DNA of 62,747 nucleotides, filler included, from Folioceros fuciformis (Eukaryota), in the NCBI GenBank assembly GCA_049999805.1. It is 8 parts of 8 records of this genome, joined end to end, with 100 filler letters (N's around TTAATTAATTAA, not from the genome) between each part and the next. Parts side by side here need not be neighbours in the genome. Positions count along the whole stretch, not along the records: positions 22,360 to 38,491 come from JBNGIO010001542.1; 7 more parts are not named here. One strand, given 5' to 3'. Below the pieces are notes generated by a model, which was given only the letters and a program-made list of their open reading frames with translations, ran no database searches and was not told where the DNA came from. A program made the translations under genes and the position numbers. Shown here in pieces: positions 22,360 through 36,274 of the stretch (position 1 is the first letter of the stretch; the number at the start of each line of letters is the position of its first letter).

Positions 22360-24238
22360 ATGTATGCCATATATGCATGTGTGCCATGTATGCATGCATA
22401 TGGAGATGAAGGATGACATGTGATGTATGTGGACATGTGGCAGGTGATGTGTCATGGCGCATGCAACCTATATGCATGGTTGTGCATGAAAGGCGCGGTG
22501 CTATGCCGCATATATAGATAGCAGATTTATATTAGAAGATATTAGAAAATACATAAAAATCATAAATCAAGGAAAGTAGGATTATAAAGTGCCCACCATC
22601 GATACGGGTGGACACTTCATCGAGAACTCCTGGGGGTTTTTGCCTATATATGTAGGCACCCAGCCATGGATTCTCGGATTGTTGATGTTTGTCTTGTTCC
22701 AATAGACAGCCATACTTCGTCCCTGCTGTGTCTTTGTCTCCTAGAGGTTCTTGTGGTTCGTTGCATTGCCAGGTTGGGAGAATTTTCCAGCTTGATTTCA
22801 CCTGTTGACGGGTCCCGGGTCTGCCTCTCTTAGGCAAACCTAGTCTCTTTTTGTAGCCTTGCTCTTGGCCATAGGCCAAGGACAAATTAAGGCTAGGATT
22901 GTTGCTCCTGGGCCGAAGGCCAAGGAGATCGCAGGCAGGCGGAAGCTTAGTGACCTAGCTTGGTAGACAGGCTAGGTAGGCATGCAGCTATGCGGCTGCT
23001 GCGCGACAAGCACGTTATCATCAACCCCCTAGTTGGACGGCAAAGGGTTGTGCAAGTGCGAAAGTCCATAAATATTCTTCCTTGCAAGATGGGCATACTT
23101 TCATCCCCGCGCCCTTGCTCTTGAGACTCATGGAGCTATGGGCAAGGACTTTTCAAGGTCTATCAAGGAGTGCACCAAGGTTTATCAGAGCAATAGGAAT
23201 GGTATTCTCCCTCTTTCCTCTGTGGTGGCCTTCTTTCGACAACGTGTATCCATTGCTTTGCAACGACCATTGGCCAATGCAATTTTTAGAACAACAACAA
23301 GCGAAGGTTAAGTAGCTTCTTCAGCATCGGTGGTAGATAGGCCTTTTGTTATTCCACATCATGATATTTTGGGAGTAGTAGGTAGTTTTTGAAAATGATA
23401 TTGGCAGGGGAGAGTACTTTTTTTTTTGCCTTTGGTCCTAATGGGGTTGTTCCTCCAATCTTATCTCTTTTTACCTTTGGCCTTAATGGATTGTTCTTTT
23501 AATCTTTGGAGTAATAGAACTTTCCATCTCGTTTTCAATCATAGGAAAAATACGTCGGTTGAGATTCCAAGAACTGAACAAGGTCATCTCAAAGGACTTA
23601 AATATTTTTCTTCAACTTCTTTTGGTAAAAAATAATATGCAAGGAAGGAAGCGGATATCGTTGTCGGCAGCCGAGATGAGTGCCGTGTGGCTCATCCCAA
23701 ACCAAGTTTGGTCGTCAAACCAGATCTTCGGTTTGCAGGATCCGGTCTGATAACGGGTTGATCCCGTTCCATTCGAGCCTGGATTCTGGCAGGCCCAAGT
23801 CTCGCGCTTTCAATCAATGCGTTGCTGCGCAGTTAGAACACAACAGCTGTCTGAACCCTGCAATATGTGGTGTTAGGGCGGCCAAAACTTTACACGAATG
23901 CCGCCCAGGGCACAGACACCAGACTTGCCAAGTGGCGTAGAAGCCGTGCTAAACGCTCCGCGTTATCGAATAACTTCTTCAGAGGTCTCTGTTTTATTCC
24001 TTCATGTCCAAGGAGGGTCTCTGCAATGAAGAGGCACAGAAAGATGATGTGGCGCACAGAGAGCTTGCTGGATGCCACCGGTGGTAAAACGTTCAATCGA
24101 TCATGTGTTTCTGGGCTACGTGTAGGCTCGGGACACAGGTGATGCGAATTCAATAAGGGTCTTCACGGCAATATGGTGGATGGGAGGGAACCATCCATGT
24201 TCACAGGACGTAATGTGTCCAAGATACAGTGGACATTC

Positions 24239-25920
24239 TTAATGAATGCCAGCCCCATCTGAAAGAACAGGTACTTCGATTACTCCTGCTGATGTCACCA
24301 AGGGCTTGCCGTTAAATCTTGCAATACCCCCTGGGCAAAATGCAGAAACGTTAGTCCTGTGACAAAACGAAGCAGAGCACATCGTACTCACATTGAGGTC
24401 TAGAGGATAGTAGGTTCGATTCCTGTACCTTCAACTTTGAGTAATGAGACTATTTTCTCCCAGATTTTTGAGCTTAACTGCTTGGCAGGACTTGAACTGG
24501 GAACGCCTCCCTGGGAGCGACCAAGCTCGATATTAGGTGGTTAGGAGCTCTCAATGACTGAACTAGATGCTGATGAGGCAATGTAGACACAAACCTCGAT
24601 AAAGACACGGTCTCCGACTGAGGCTTCAGGAGGGGGCTCTAGAACCTTCGCACAGAGACAAGGCAACAGCCATGAGATGGTACTCTAAGTGAAGACAGGA
24701 TTTTTAGGCATTTCCGCTGCTGCCCATATCTTGCGGACCCATACCTTCACGATTTCATCCCCATTCTGTGAACGTCCATCACCTGCAAGGATCATCGCCT
24801 CACTCACTTCACCGGCTAGCTTTGCAGGCTTCAGATTCAGAATTACGCACACTTTCTTTCCAACTAACTCTGAGGATGGTATGAACTTTCGAAGACCTGC
24901 CACTACCTGCAAACAAGACACGACATAAAGAACATAAGTGGCATGGATCTTAGTAATCTGACGCTACGCTGGTCAAACAAACGTAAGACACTTTCCCAGA
25001 AATAAGTAAACAGCAAAGATGTATACACCTTACGAATCTCTCCGTTGGCCACTTTAACCTTGCAGCAATACAGTTTTTCGGAGATTGGATGATTGTCGAC
25101 AGATTGCACCAATCCAACCTGCACCATGCCCAGAAATGAGCAGGGGAGTACATGACAACAAAGACATACTTCTAACACGCTAGATGGAAGCTGGTTGTGT
25201 GCTTCGTCACCTGCAAATGGGCTTTGTCAAAATTGTCTGCATCACCAGAAGGTGCAACGACGGAGGGCTTTGCAGGAAAGGCTCCAGGAGTTTTGACTGC
25301 TCCACACAAGATACAGGAACTTGTCAGTGTCATGTCTTCGCTCACGAGAAGCACAATCAAGGCGGTGGATAGCTCCAGAAAGCTACGACTCCGCTAAACT
25401 TACGAGGTTTCTTCCTTGGCACGTCAAGGACATTTGGCTTGGTCTGCTCCGAAACTTGTACTGGTTCTGTCAGTTCCAAAACAGCGCCAGGTGCTTGTTC
25501 AACTCCCTCGTCCTGGGTCGGGGCAACTGCGTCCGGAGTAGCTCCTCCCTGCCAACCACGATTCCTTAGCCCCCAAACCCTAGCAGCGGGCAAGTCTCCC
25601 GGAAACCAGTGCTCAATAATTGCACATGACAATGCACCAAACCACGGTTGAATCTATCTAAATCGATGCCTTTGCCAGATCTGGCTCCAACAAGGAGAGA
25701 CTGCACTCATGCATTATCCTTCCCCTCAACAATTTAGGTCGTATGTGCCGCAAAGAAGTGAAGAACATACTTTTAACGAAGGCGGAACAGGGGGCGTATC
25801 AACAGTTGCCGGGGCCGCAGCAGAATCAGGCTTGACATCTGGTCCCGACATGTGAGGCTCAAGGCTAGCAATCAAGCCATCCAGTTGCGCGATTGCGTCG
25901 TCGATGGCCTCACTAGCCAT
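24239..25920 (-). CDS. Stand-alone tRNA-binding OB-fold protein (Arc1p/AIMP1-EMAPII/MetRS C-terminal type), multi-exon
   Basis: Spliced C-terminus reads FDKAHLQVGLVQSVDNHPISEKLYCCKVKVANGEIRKVVAGLRKFIPSSELVGKKVCVILNLKPAKLAGEVSEAMILAG...VLEPPPEASVGDRVFIEG...KIWEKI...FNGKPLVTSAG...GAGIH-TAA. The N-terminus MASEAIDDAIAQLDGLIASL is followed by a P/E/A-rich linker. Confidence 0.9.
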
Positions 25921-26815
25921 TCTCGCTAATCAATCAGACGTGACGGCCAAAGCAGCTCAAAACATATAACAAGAATACAGTGCCGGTGGATTGAATTTAG
26001 GGGTCCCTCCCTCCACAGGTTAGGGGTTTGCTTTGCAGACCGTCTTCTGGCTGCATGCAGTTTTCATCACAACAGCCAGTTTGGCGACCTGAAAGTCTCG
26101 TGCCCTGACAATGAAGATCCAAGGGGCGAGTTCCAGAAATGTAAATCACAACAGAAGAAGACTCACTTGCAGTTGAAGACACTTGGTCAGTCAGAAGAAT
26201 TGTAAATTAATTTGGACAAATGCTCCACGTCTGTATGTGCTGACAGCGTGCTCACGGGGTGTGCAAATGTAGCACACGACCCAGTGGCAGTCTAAACTAG
26301 AAGAAATCTACTGAGGTTACACACATTCATCCCCGGCAGCAGACTAGGAGTTTAGCTAACGACGAGGAGAGCAGGCGACCCCCTCCGTCCTGCCCGAAAC
26401 AAGCGGCAACAACAGCAGTGGAGGATATGTGCTTTTCTTCCCAATGACGGGTTTGTTTTTTGGCTTCTTCGTACGACGCCTCCTGGCTTGCATGACCTCG
26501 GAATCTCAATAACGGCTATGAATGAGAACTGTACCTGGTAGAAATAATGGGACATTTGTACCTACATAGAATAGAGCTGCGCTCCTCCCACCTGACCTCC
26601 AGCTTAGAAAAAGGAAACCCGAAGGTGCGCATTCCACGGAAGAAGACAAGCAGCCTGTCCCTTCCAGCCTAAGGCTTCCGAGGTGCATCATAATTCTCAC
26701 TTGTCGTGTGAGAGCTGCAGCATACACCTGAAGCTAAGGGGAGAGCTAATTGTATCGTCTGTACACATTGTACAACCACAGGCGGTCTCTGTGGCCCTGC
26801 GTGTATAATCCCCAT

Positions 26816-28291
26816 TCACAGCTGTACAATAGCGGTGAGATCGTTGGGGTGCACCATGTAGGGCATGTCGGTGACCCACTGCCAATGTGCCATACCGGTG
26901 CGCAAGTCGCAGACGCAGCAGCGGATGCTCATAAGATTAGGGTAGTTCACCTCATAGAGATAAATGAGGCACTGGCCGTCCTTGCCCTCAACAGAACCGA
27001 TATACCACAACCAGGTGCCCTTGTCCAGGGGCGGGATCTTGGCCACCTCCACCCACTCCATCCGGGCCTCCTCCAGGCGCCAAACGCTGATGGAGGTATC
27101 CTCCTTCATGTGCGGCCCGTCCTCCACCTTGAAAAGCTTTCCCCCGCAAGACATGAGGTGGAAATGGTGGTACTTAGGCGGCGCCCCGGGGCTGTGCGTC
27201 ATAGGCAGGCGCGTCCAAACCCCTCGATCCATGTCGTAGGCCGCCACCTCGTTGGTGAGGTTGAGCCTTCTGTTGTACACCAGCAGCTTCCCATTGTGCA
27301 CTGCCCCGTAGCGGACCTCCTTGAAGGGCGGCGGGAGGGAGGTGATGTAGCTCCATCGGTTGGTGGCCGGATCGTAGAGCTCCGCAGAGCAGAGGCTGCG
27401 GCGGGACAAACCCTTTCCCCCCGCCACCAGCAGCCGGCTCCGCCCGTCTTTGTCCTCCAGCACCCCTACGGCCGGCGAGTCGCGCCCGTGGTGCATTGGC
27501 GGCATCTTCCTCCACGCATTGGTTACCGGGTTGTAGGCCAGTGCGGAGGACGAAGAGCCGGCCCCCGTAGCGGAACCAGTTCCGCTCCCGCCGCCGCCTC
27601 CAACGAGATACACCAGACCGCCCCCCGCCACCAAAGAGTAGTGGCTCCTTCCCGCCATAGCCGGCGCGCGGATGAAGTGCGACTTCTCATACACCGGGTC
27701 GTAGGCCAGGATGGCCGCCTCGCTGTTTTGCGACTCCGGCTTGAAGATGAACATCCATGGCTCGTGGAAGCCGGACACCGCGCGCAGCCTGAGAAAGGGT
27801 CGGGAAAGAAGTAAAGCTCGCCACCGCTTGCACACGAGCCGCATACGCACGAGGCAGCGCCACGGCAATCGCACGAGGCAGAGCTCCAGGACGTCGTCCG
27901 GTAGCGCCTGCTCCATGGCACTCTCCTCGCAGGCCTGGGCCTGCCACTTCTCCTCCTCCTGCTTCCGCTTCTGCTGCTCCTGCAGCTTCCGCGACTGCAG
28001 CCGCGTCCTAGCCCCCGCCCCGGAGCTTCCCCCGGCCCCCAGCGCGCTCAGGTCCCGGGAGAAGGATCTAGAACGCGGCCTCCCGGAATTCCGCCGCGAC
28101 AGGCACGGAGACGACGCGCTCCGAGGCAGCGGCCTGAAAGTGTCCGCGTCCGCCAACGGCATCGCCAGCAGCCGCAGCTGCTGTTGTTGCTGCAGCAGCA
28201 ACTGCTGTTGATGCTGCTGCTGCCAGAAGAGTGCATCCGGACACAGCATCTGGAGGCGCCGCTGCTGCTCCTCCCTCCAGGTCGGGTCCAT
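26816..28291 (-). CDS. F-box/Kelch-repeat protein, intronless, with N-terminal polyQ
   Basis: F-box LPDDVLELCLVRLPWRCLVRMRLVCKRWRALL; Kelch repeats (VYLVGG..AYNPVTNAWRKMPPM, LLVAGG..SAELYDPATNRW). First ATG at 28291 (MDPTWREEQQRR). Confidence 0.93.
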   Translation of the reverse strand: MDPTWREEQQRRLQMLCPDALFWQQQHQQQLLLQQQQQLRLLAMPLADADTFRPLPRSASSPCLSRRNSGRPRSRSFSRDLSALGAGGSSGAGARTRLQSRKLQEQQKRKQEEEKWQAQACEESAMEQALPDDVLELCLVRLPWRCLVRMRLVCKRWRALLLSRPFLRLRAVSGFHEPWMFIFKPESQNSEAAILAYDPVYEKSHFIRAPAMAGRSHYSLVAGGGLVYLVGGGGGSGTGSATGAGSSSSALAYNPVTNAWRKMPPMHHGRDSPAVGVLEDKDGRSRLLVAGGKGLSRRSLCSAELYDPATNRWSYITSLPPPFKEVRYGAVHNGKLLVYNRRLNLTNEVAAYDMDRGVWTRLPMTHSPGAPPKYHHFHLMSCGGKLFKVEDGPHMKEDTSISVWRLEEARMEWVEVAKIPPLDKGTWLWYIGSVEGKDGQCLIYLYEVNYPNLMSIRCCVCDLRTGMAHWQWVTDMPYMVHPNDLTAIVQL

Positions 28292-29429
28292 GATTCCTTC
28301 CCAGACCCCCAGCCAATGCCGCGCCTTGTTCGGGGAGCGCTTCACATCAGATGCCGACACAGCGGGATGGCAAAATGCCGTCCCCGGCCTCGACACCAGG
28401 CGAGCTCCAATTTGCTCTCGGCCTCCCCCTCGTCTCCACCTCTCCCTTCCTCCTGAACGTGGCGCCCACAGAAAATGGAGAATGAGGCCCCCTCCTCCAC
28501 GTTTTCTATCCCAACATGCAGGTTACGCGGCATTTCGTGCTACGACGCCTGCCCTCGGTACATACATAGACAAGGTAGTCTACTTCCGTGCAGGCGCACT
28601 CGGGTCAGGATGAAAGGCCCCGCCTGGCCGCAAAAGGGCAGCGGCAGCACACTCTCATAAGCATAGAAAAAAGGACCTGTCTTTCCTTATCCATATCTGG
28701 GACCTATCCGCATTGCCGACAACAATAAAATGAAAAAGGCCAATTGCGTCGGCCAATAAAATCAGACACGTGGAATCGGCCATTCTCCTTCCTTCCTGCC
28801 TGCGATGTACAGTATAGTACGCACAGCAGGTCTGTAGGGGGCCAGGATAAGGATGCGGCACTGTGAGAATGGGCCCCCGGAAGATAGATACCTGTCACGA
28901 TTGGATCAAGTTGCAACCTGGAGCGGCCTGGGGCCAGCCCGTCTCTTGACGCACATCTGGTCTTGTCGTGTGCAGCAGCTTCGCTCCCTCCCGGATGCTA
29001 GTGGATCTCGACGTCACCTGCCAGGCCGACTCGTCTGCAAGACCAGAATGGACGAGTCTTGGCTGGTCACGCAGATATTTGGGAGTGGCAACAATGGCTG
29101 GCTGACCGCCACAGCCGAGAATATGCCAACACACAGCACAATGCGGTAACCGTAATGTCCAAGTCTATGCAAAAATATGAAGGTAGGTGCTCCCTCTCCT
29201 AGTCTAGAAATATCTCTTGGCTCCATTTACAGATCATACGTGTATACTCACGACCCTGCATTGCTCTAGGCGAAAATGGAAGGACACACGTACGCACAGT
29301 AAAGCGTTCAATCAAGGCCTAACATATTACAAAGAGGTACACGCGGCACGAAAAAAGGAATTCCGCAGGGAAGGCAAGGTGTGGCCTACCAAGAGCTGGA
29401 CAATGTAGGCAGTGGGGAAAAAGAAAATT

Positions 29430-32400
29430 TCAGTTGTGTGATCCGTTGGACGTTGAATCTGCATCGGAGAATCTCCTGGAACCTCTGCTTCTTCCCGAGT
29501 CCCCGACTGCTCTGGGAGAGGACTCTCCCAAACTGCTCCTCAAAGCCGGGACTCTGACGGCAAGCGTCTTGTAGAGGCGCGCGAAGCGGGCACGCGTTCC
29601 GTCGGCCGTCTTCGCAAGGGCTAGCTGCAGGAAGGCGTCCGGGAGGTTTGCCAGGCTGTGTTTGATTTCGTCCAGGGTGAGGCCGCCCAAGGACGAAGGA
29701 GGTGGGACCACGCACACCACCTCTTTATCCACTCCTTTAGCGTGAGCCTTGATTACCAGCTCCAGGGAGGGGGTGGCACCGCACTTGATCACGAACGGCG
29801 TGGATGACCCGTTGTTGAACTGGAGGACGCTCCATTGCACGATATCGCCGTCCACAGTGCTGCCAGCCTCTCCCCAATCGCCGGAGGTGGCCGACAGGTC
29901 CCCAAGACCCTCCAGGGATTTCTCCCCCCTCGAATGGTGCGCTCCCTCTTTCTGCTCCGGTACAGACTGCGAACGTGAAGATTCGAATCATGAGTCGGGC
30001 GAGGTTAAGACCGTGCAGAAACTGTGGGGGGTAACGGACCGTGTGATCGTCGTCATCCTACCTCCACTGTCCGTTGCGCCTCTGCTATGTATTTCTGTGC
30101 ACACGGATGGTCGATGGGGAGAAGAGTCGGCATGCGCTCCGTGAGGGAATTCAATCGGTTGGTCATGGTCCGTTTCTTAGAAGAATGGACAGCTTTATAC
30201 GGCGCCTCTCTCCGGACCTCCTGCAACGTTACACGTTCGTTCATTTCCCTGCAAACCCACAAACATTCGCTCATGACCTCACACGGCCCCCAATAACACA
30301 TACCTCAGCTTGCTTCAGGATGTCCTCCAAGGAGATGAGGGAGGCTACTCGGGCATCTTCACTGGCAGTAGAAGGATTCCGCAATGGAGAACCGCCCTCT
30401 TCCTTGGTCAGCAGCGCCACATCTGCCCGCATTTGTTGCAACACCTGTGATAGATACACAACAACTAAAGACCTTCAGCGAGGACCTGCCTCAGTCACAG
30501 TGCAGAAAATTACGCGATAGCAACCTCAAAAGTAGTACCTTGCGTCGTTTGTGTTCCACTGATTCAAGAGCGGATCTCAACTTGGAAATTTGAGAGGAAT
30601 CTTCAGCTTCCTCTGTAGCCAACGTGGCTGCGACATCCTGAGGCAGATAAAAGACCAAGTGAGAACTGCGCCCCTCCCTTGAACAGGTGGAGACGAAAAG
30701 ACACCAATTTCGAATCCGATTGAGGACCTTGAGATGTTGTAGCTGTGATGTGTAGACTCTCTTGGTGTAGTCGGAAAGAAGTTGGCCAAGAGCATCTGTG
30801 CTAGGCCTATGGGGAACACCCAAACCAGCCATCCACCCATCCATAATAGCTGTTGCAAGGGCCTCCAATTGTCCCCCGTCTGTACCCGATTCCCCACCAG
30901 CCAATGACAGAAAATCGAAATTCTCGGCCAGCCAGCCCCTAATTTGCCGCTGCAGCTCCCCAGCAGGACTGTGAACAAAAAGAGCCGCCAGGTGCTTGTT
31001 TCCCATGGCGTAACCCCGAGCCTCCTCACTCATTTCCCTTAATTTCGCAGCCGTCATATGTTGCCTCCAGGCTTCCTGTTCCGAACAGTGATAAATGGTC
31101 TCAGCCTACGACGAAAGCTAGTTGACCAAAAACTTCCAGCCACTTCAACGATCAGATCTACAAACCTGATCAATACCCCTCAATTTTAAGACCATTGAAG
31201 AGAATTTGTTCTTCTTCTCTTGCTTCAAATTAACACGGAAAGCATGGATCTGATCATCCAGCAAGTCCCTTCTTGATCCGGTAGAGCCGAGATCCCCACT
31301 GACAGGAGACCTGGCAGGACTGACTCCACGGCCAGAACGACCTGCTCGGCTGAGATGATGTCCGGGTTTCTCTAAAAACCTGTCCACTGGAGGAATCTGC
31401 CACATGTATATAACTGCAATGCATTAGTTGCAAGGCTCTTCACGCTGGCTCCCATCCCAGACAACACTGGCATGCTGCTTCAATCACTATCAGAAGTTGG
31501 AATTCAGGGCTTACTTTGATGGTCTGCAGCTCAGGTGAGCGAGACAGAAGAGAGCGGATATAAAGTATTCTGACTCTGGATACGAGCATCGTATCCATCA
31601 CCCGTCTAGGTTCCATCTTCCGGATGAAAGCAAACACAGCATTACGAATCTCTGCAAGCATGTCATGCTCCCTTGTTGCACCGGCCTTAATCACAGCAGC
31701 CAGGACCTACAATGAAGGTCAAGCAAAAAATAAGCACAAGACAAACCTGGTGGCAACGATGTTCCTCACCCTCCGTCCGGCATGAACACCAGCAAGAACA
31801 AGGGCATACCAGCATCAATAATTTGTTTGCAGCATCAGCAACTGCCTCTGAGCCTTCAAACTGATCGGGATTGAATTCCATCAACGCAGCTGTCAAATAC
31901 TCCCCTGCCGGAGTTGTTTTACTGTTCTCAGATGCTGTCAAAGCTATTGTTCCTGGAGAAGAACCTGCGCTAGCTTTTGCATCATGAGAGGCCAGCACAG
32001 GAGACCGTTTACTCGACGGAGATGGAGGTCGTGCTGCCCTGTGATGGCAAATTGGGATATTGGAGTGAGGCAGGAGCCGCTGGCTGCAAGCTATTGTCAT
32101 GACTAGAAATTTTACTAAGAGTTCTGACCCATATCAAACACCAAGAGTCGCACCTGAATGACCCATCAAGGCTGAAGTCGTCCACTCGTCCGGAGTCCAA
32201 CCTTGGAACCTGATAACTCCCTCAAACACATTACTGACTGACAATTCTCTGTTTCAGTAGTGGTATGACAGATGTAGAGCAAAACACACCTTGGGTGACA
32301 ACGCGGAAGTCTTAGGAGAGCTCAAGTTGGCAACAGTCTTCTCAGTTAACCGCTCAAATAGTTTCTCATTCTCCTGGTGCAGACGCTGATGAGGGAGCCC

Positions 32401-35400
32401 CAATTATTCAACAGATATTAGTGAAACATTGTTATCTCTGCAAGGATTGGCATAGATGCGAAGCCACGTGATGGTCGAGCAGCTAACCTCAATCAGCTCA
32501 TCTCGTTTCAGAAGCTCCTCCTCTAGCTTCTTGTTTGTGGACAAGGCAGTTTCTTTCTCTTCAATGGCCCTCCGCAGTTCTGCTTTGTCAGAGGCAGACT
32601 TCAATGCAGGAGCAGATGCAGCCGCAATCTCTGCCAGCTTCGCAGTAGATTGAGCATCTAGCAGCTGCTGCTCCAAGTCTTTTAACTTAAACTACGCAAC
32701 ATCAGTAGAACTTCAGTCAGCACAAGGTCAGGACTGGCAAAGTAAGAGATGGAAACTCATCAATATCAAACAATTGACTTACTTCCAACTGTTCAATCTT
32801 GGCTGTACTTTCTGATAGCTGGATTTTTTGGTCTCGCTCTGTCTTCAAGAGCTGTGATATTTGCTTCATGAAGTGATCGTTTTGATCCCTCTCGTGTTTT
32901 TTCTTTTCCGTAAGATCAGCTATCTCAATCTGAAGAGACAGACCAGACAGCCCAAAGTTAGAAACATACAGCAAGCTCAGATATCCTCAAAACGCGTAGT
33001 CTCTCAGGCAAGAAAGGCGACAAAAATTGACCTTGAATTGGTTGAAGAGAGATTCATGTGTGCTGATGTCAGCTTGTAGCGTCGAAGACACCTTCCATGC
33101 TTTTTGGACTTCATTAAACAAAAGGAGGCACTGACTATCAGCCTCTGATGCAGCCTTCCTGAGTTTCTCAATCTCTAGCTGCAGACTGGCAATTTCAGCA
33201 TCTTTCTCTGAGACGTCCTTCCGAGCATCATTGGCCTGTCATGGACAAGATCACAAAGCTGCTCTCACAAGGTCTGTCACAGAACATTAGGATGGAAGCA
33301 TCATGGTTGAAGCTTCAACATCGGAGTGAATGAGGCAGAAAATACCAGATCCTTCCACTTCTTCACTGTTTCTCTAGTGCCAAGGCTGATTTCCACATTT
33401 TTTGCCCGAGCTGAGAAACTCAAAGAGGCAAAAGTCTCCTGCACATCTGCAAAGCTTGGACTAATGTTCACAACAACGATTGTCTTTGAATCGCCTCCTG
33501 CAAAGAGCAAGAGATCCAAATCCAGCTTCAACAAAGCATCCCTGCAAAAGTCAGGACCCTCAAGCTACACATCCATACTGGGAACCATGGCTAGAACCCA
33601 GTCTGCTTTCCCCCATACCGGATGCAATTGCAAAAGAACATCACTCTACAGAGCCCTGTCTGCCCCGATTCTCACTGTCGTGCATCCTCAAGTCCAGCCC
33701 AAGACCTACCAAGAGTATCAGCCAGGATCTGAGTCAGCTTTGAGTTTCCATAAGGCACATGATCCTTCCTTGCTGTGAGCGCATTTAGGACATCACCCAA
33801 ACTGCACAAGAAAATACAATGATAAGGGCAGAATCCAACACTGATTGTTGCTGAAGATATAGCAGGTAAACGATACTTACGCAGACAGGGACTTGTTCAC
33901 ATGCAACGATTCTGTGAGACGGTTCCCACTTGACTCTGCTTTGGGAAGACGCTCACTGCCTGCCATGTCCACCAAAGCGACCTTGCTGTCCTGCTTCTCA
34001 CCATTTAGACTATTAGAGTACCGGATATGTACAGTTAGAACCCTGAAAGACACACACGACCTCTTAGGAACTATCCAAAAACAGCAGAGTTCATCACTTA
34101 CAGAGTGAAGCATTGAAAAGGACAAAAATTATAGCTCCTAAGAAAACGACTGGACACTTGAAACCAACATGTGTGATCTGTTGTAACGCTGAGTCTTAGT
34201 AGCATCAACTGCTCTATTCTGCGAGCCAGTCTTGAAGGTCTGTGCAAAATGTGAAGGATTGTCTACTGGCACTTCAACGAGCTCATCACCCTTCAACTCC
34301 TCATCGGGCGTCTTTGATAACAGATCTCGGACCTACGGTTAGAATTCAACTATCATCAGGTACGCGGGAAACTGAAATGCGTTCAGCTCACAGGATCAGA
34401 CCAGTCGAATCATCACTAACCTCAGAAAGAACTGCGGTACACAGCATACCTGCTCGTTATATAACTCAATCATCGAGATGTGAAACGTAAATCTTGCAGT
34501 AGGAGTTGTGTCAGCTTGGGACAAATAAAAAAGCTCATCAAACAACCTGAAATATAGTCCTCTGTCGTGACTCAGCCCTTCCTGGTGCACAGTACACAAC
34601 CCAGGTGAAGCAACGAAACAAGGCATCTGTCAACAATGCAAACCAATAGAAGTGACGGGATCTTCCCATATTACCATAGTGTAAGTCTTTCCCGCACCAG
34701 TCTGCCCATAAGCAAAGATGGAGACGTTGTAGCCATCCATAGCAGACTGCGCCAGGGGTCGAATATCATGGAAGATATCGGCTGCAACACAAAACAGTTT
34801 GAGCTCAAACGTACTCAAATCGGATGAACTGCCGAGCCTGGACGGAAGACAGGCAGGTGTTTACCTTGACCAACATGAGGCCCGTAAACACGATCGAATT
34901 CACACTCCTTCTTGGGAGTAGGTGTTCCAGCGAAACCAGGAGGGGAAGGGTTGACTCGAAGGGTATAGTTATCGGGAAACGCAGTTGCCGAGGGTCCTTC
35001 ATCCTCGAACTGTGGACGCACTCGACAGAATACCCTAATGTTGCCTGGACAGGTCTCCTCGAGCACTACTCAGTCAAACGTCCCGACCCGAGCCGACAGG
35101 CACAGCATACGGTATGCATTCCAAACAATCTCACCCCACGGGCAGAGTACCTTTGGCAGTGATAAGATCGTTGAAGAGCCTCTTCCTCTCTTGCTTCACC
35201 GGGGTGAGCCGCTCCTCGAAATTCAACACAGCTTGATCTACAGAGACAGCGCCCACCCGAAGTTCAAACAATGCGCAATGCACACAAGAACACAAAACTC
35301 CGAAACCTAGTACAGGACGTGCAGAGCGGGACGTGGGACTGCTCACCCAGTTTCCGAGCTTTGTCCGCCAGAACACCAAGATAGCGCGTCAACCGACTGA

Positions 35401-35823
35401 TTTTGGCATTGGAATACTCCTGCAAGTCGCTGGCCTCCTGCCTCAGCTCCAACACTTCGTCTCTGGTGGTCTGAAGCCACGACGAATTAGTCCCTCGGCC
35501 TAGTGGCAGACCCCGCTGCAGCAGCCCAGTCCAATTCACAGTCCCCCACTCACCGCAACGCGCTCCTTGAGCTTGACCATCTTGGAGACCAACGGTGGGG
35601 CGTGCCTGGGCCTGCCCTCGAGCGCGAACCCGGCGGGAAGCGAGAACCTCCTGGAGTCATCGGCGGGGCCGGGGCCATGGTCGTCCTCCTCCTCGGAATC
35701 ACTCATGCCCGCGTACCTACTGGACTCGGAGAAAGTGGGCATCTCCCAGCCCCAGGAGGCGGACACTCCCCGGGCCCCCTCGGCAGCCGAATTCCTGGCC
35801 GCCGCTGCACCATCGCCTATCAT
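29430..35823 (-). CDS. KCA: Kinesin-14 KCA/KAC (kinesin-like protein for actin-based chloroplast movement), multi-exon
   Basis: N-terminal [64 protein letters not shown]-loop [19 protein letters not shown]-specific [92 protein letters not shown]; stop at 29430. Confidence 0.96.
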
Positions 35824-36274
35824 CGGGAAGCTCGTGCGAGCGCGGATCTGCTCCGCATCAAGCCGGGCGCGCTGCCTCCTGCCTCCCGCGCTACCCAGGC
35901 GCAATCGCGCTCAAAACCTGCTGCTTTCGAGCGGATTCTGCCTACGCCTTCCTCACGTCACTGCTGCGGCCGACTCCTTCTGTGGCAGACCGTGGCCCGG
36001 CCCGAGCCTCCCCAGGTTCGGTGTGGTTCGGTTCCGGCGGCAGGCCCTGTTTCGGTTTCGGAGTCGGACCCCCCAACCTGAACAGTCGTGGGTCGTCCTG
36101 ATGACTCGTGACCGGCCGTTGGCCCTCCTGGGACATTATTACGCCGATTAATTGCGACCTCGGTAGCGCGAGCTTCGGGCGTCAGCTGCCTGCGCCTCTG
36201 TCCTCGCGGCGTTCACAGCCACCCGGCCCGCCCGACGACCAGTTGTGATCCGTCGTCTCGATTCGCGTACTGCC

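Noticed and set aside
22360-23030. Possible LTR fragment (ATGC-rich start, TATA-like box, ends GCACGTTATCA)
   Set aside because: No second copy, PBS or PPT could be confirmed in the window.
23077-23648. 10-bp inverted repeat CTTCCTTGCA/TGCAAGGAAG bounding an AT-rich tract (MITE?)
   Set aside because: Short match with no target-site duplication.
26750-27814. 354-aa plus-strand ORF
   Set aside because: Antisense shadow of the GC-rich F-box/Kelch gene.
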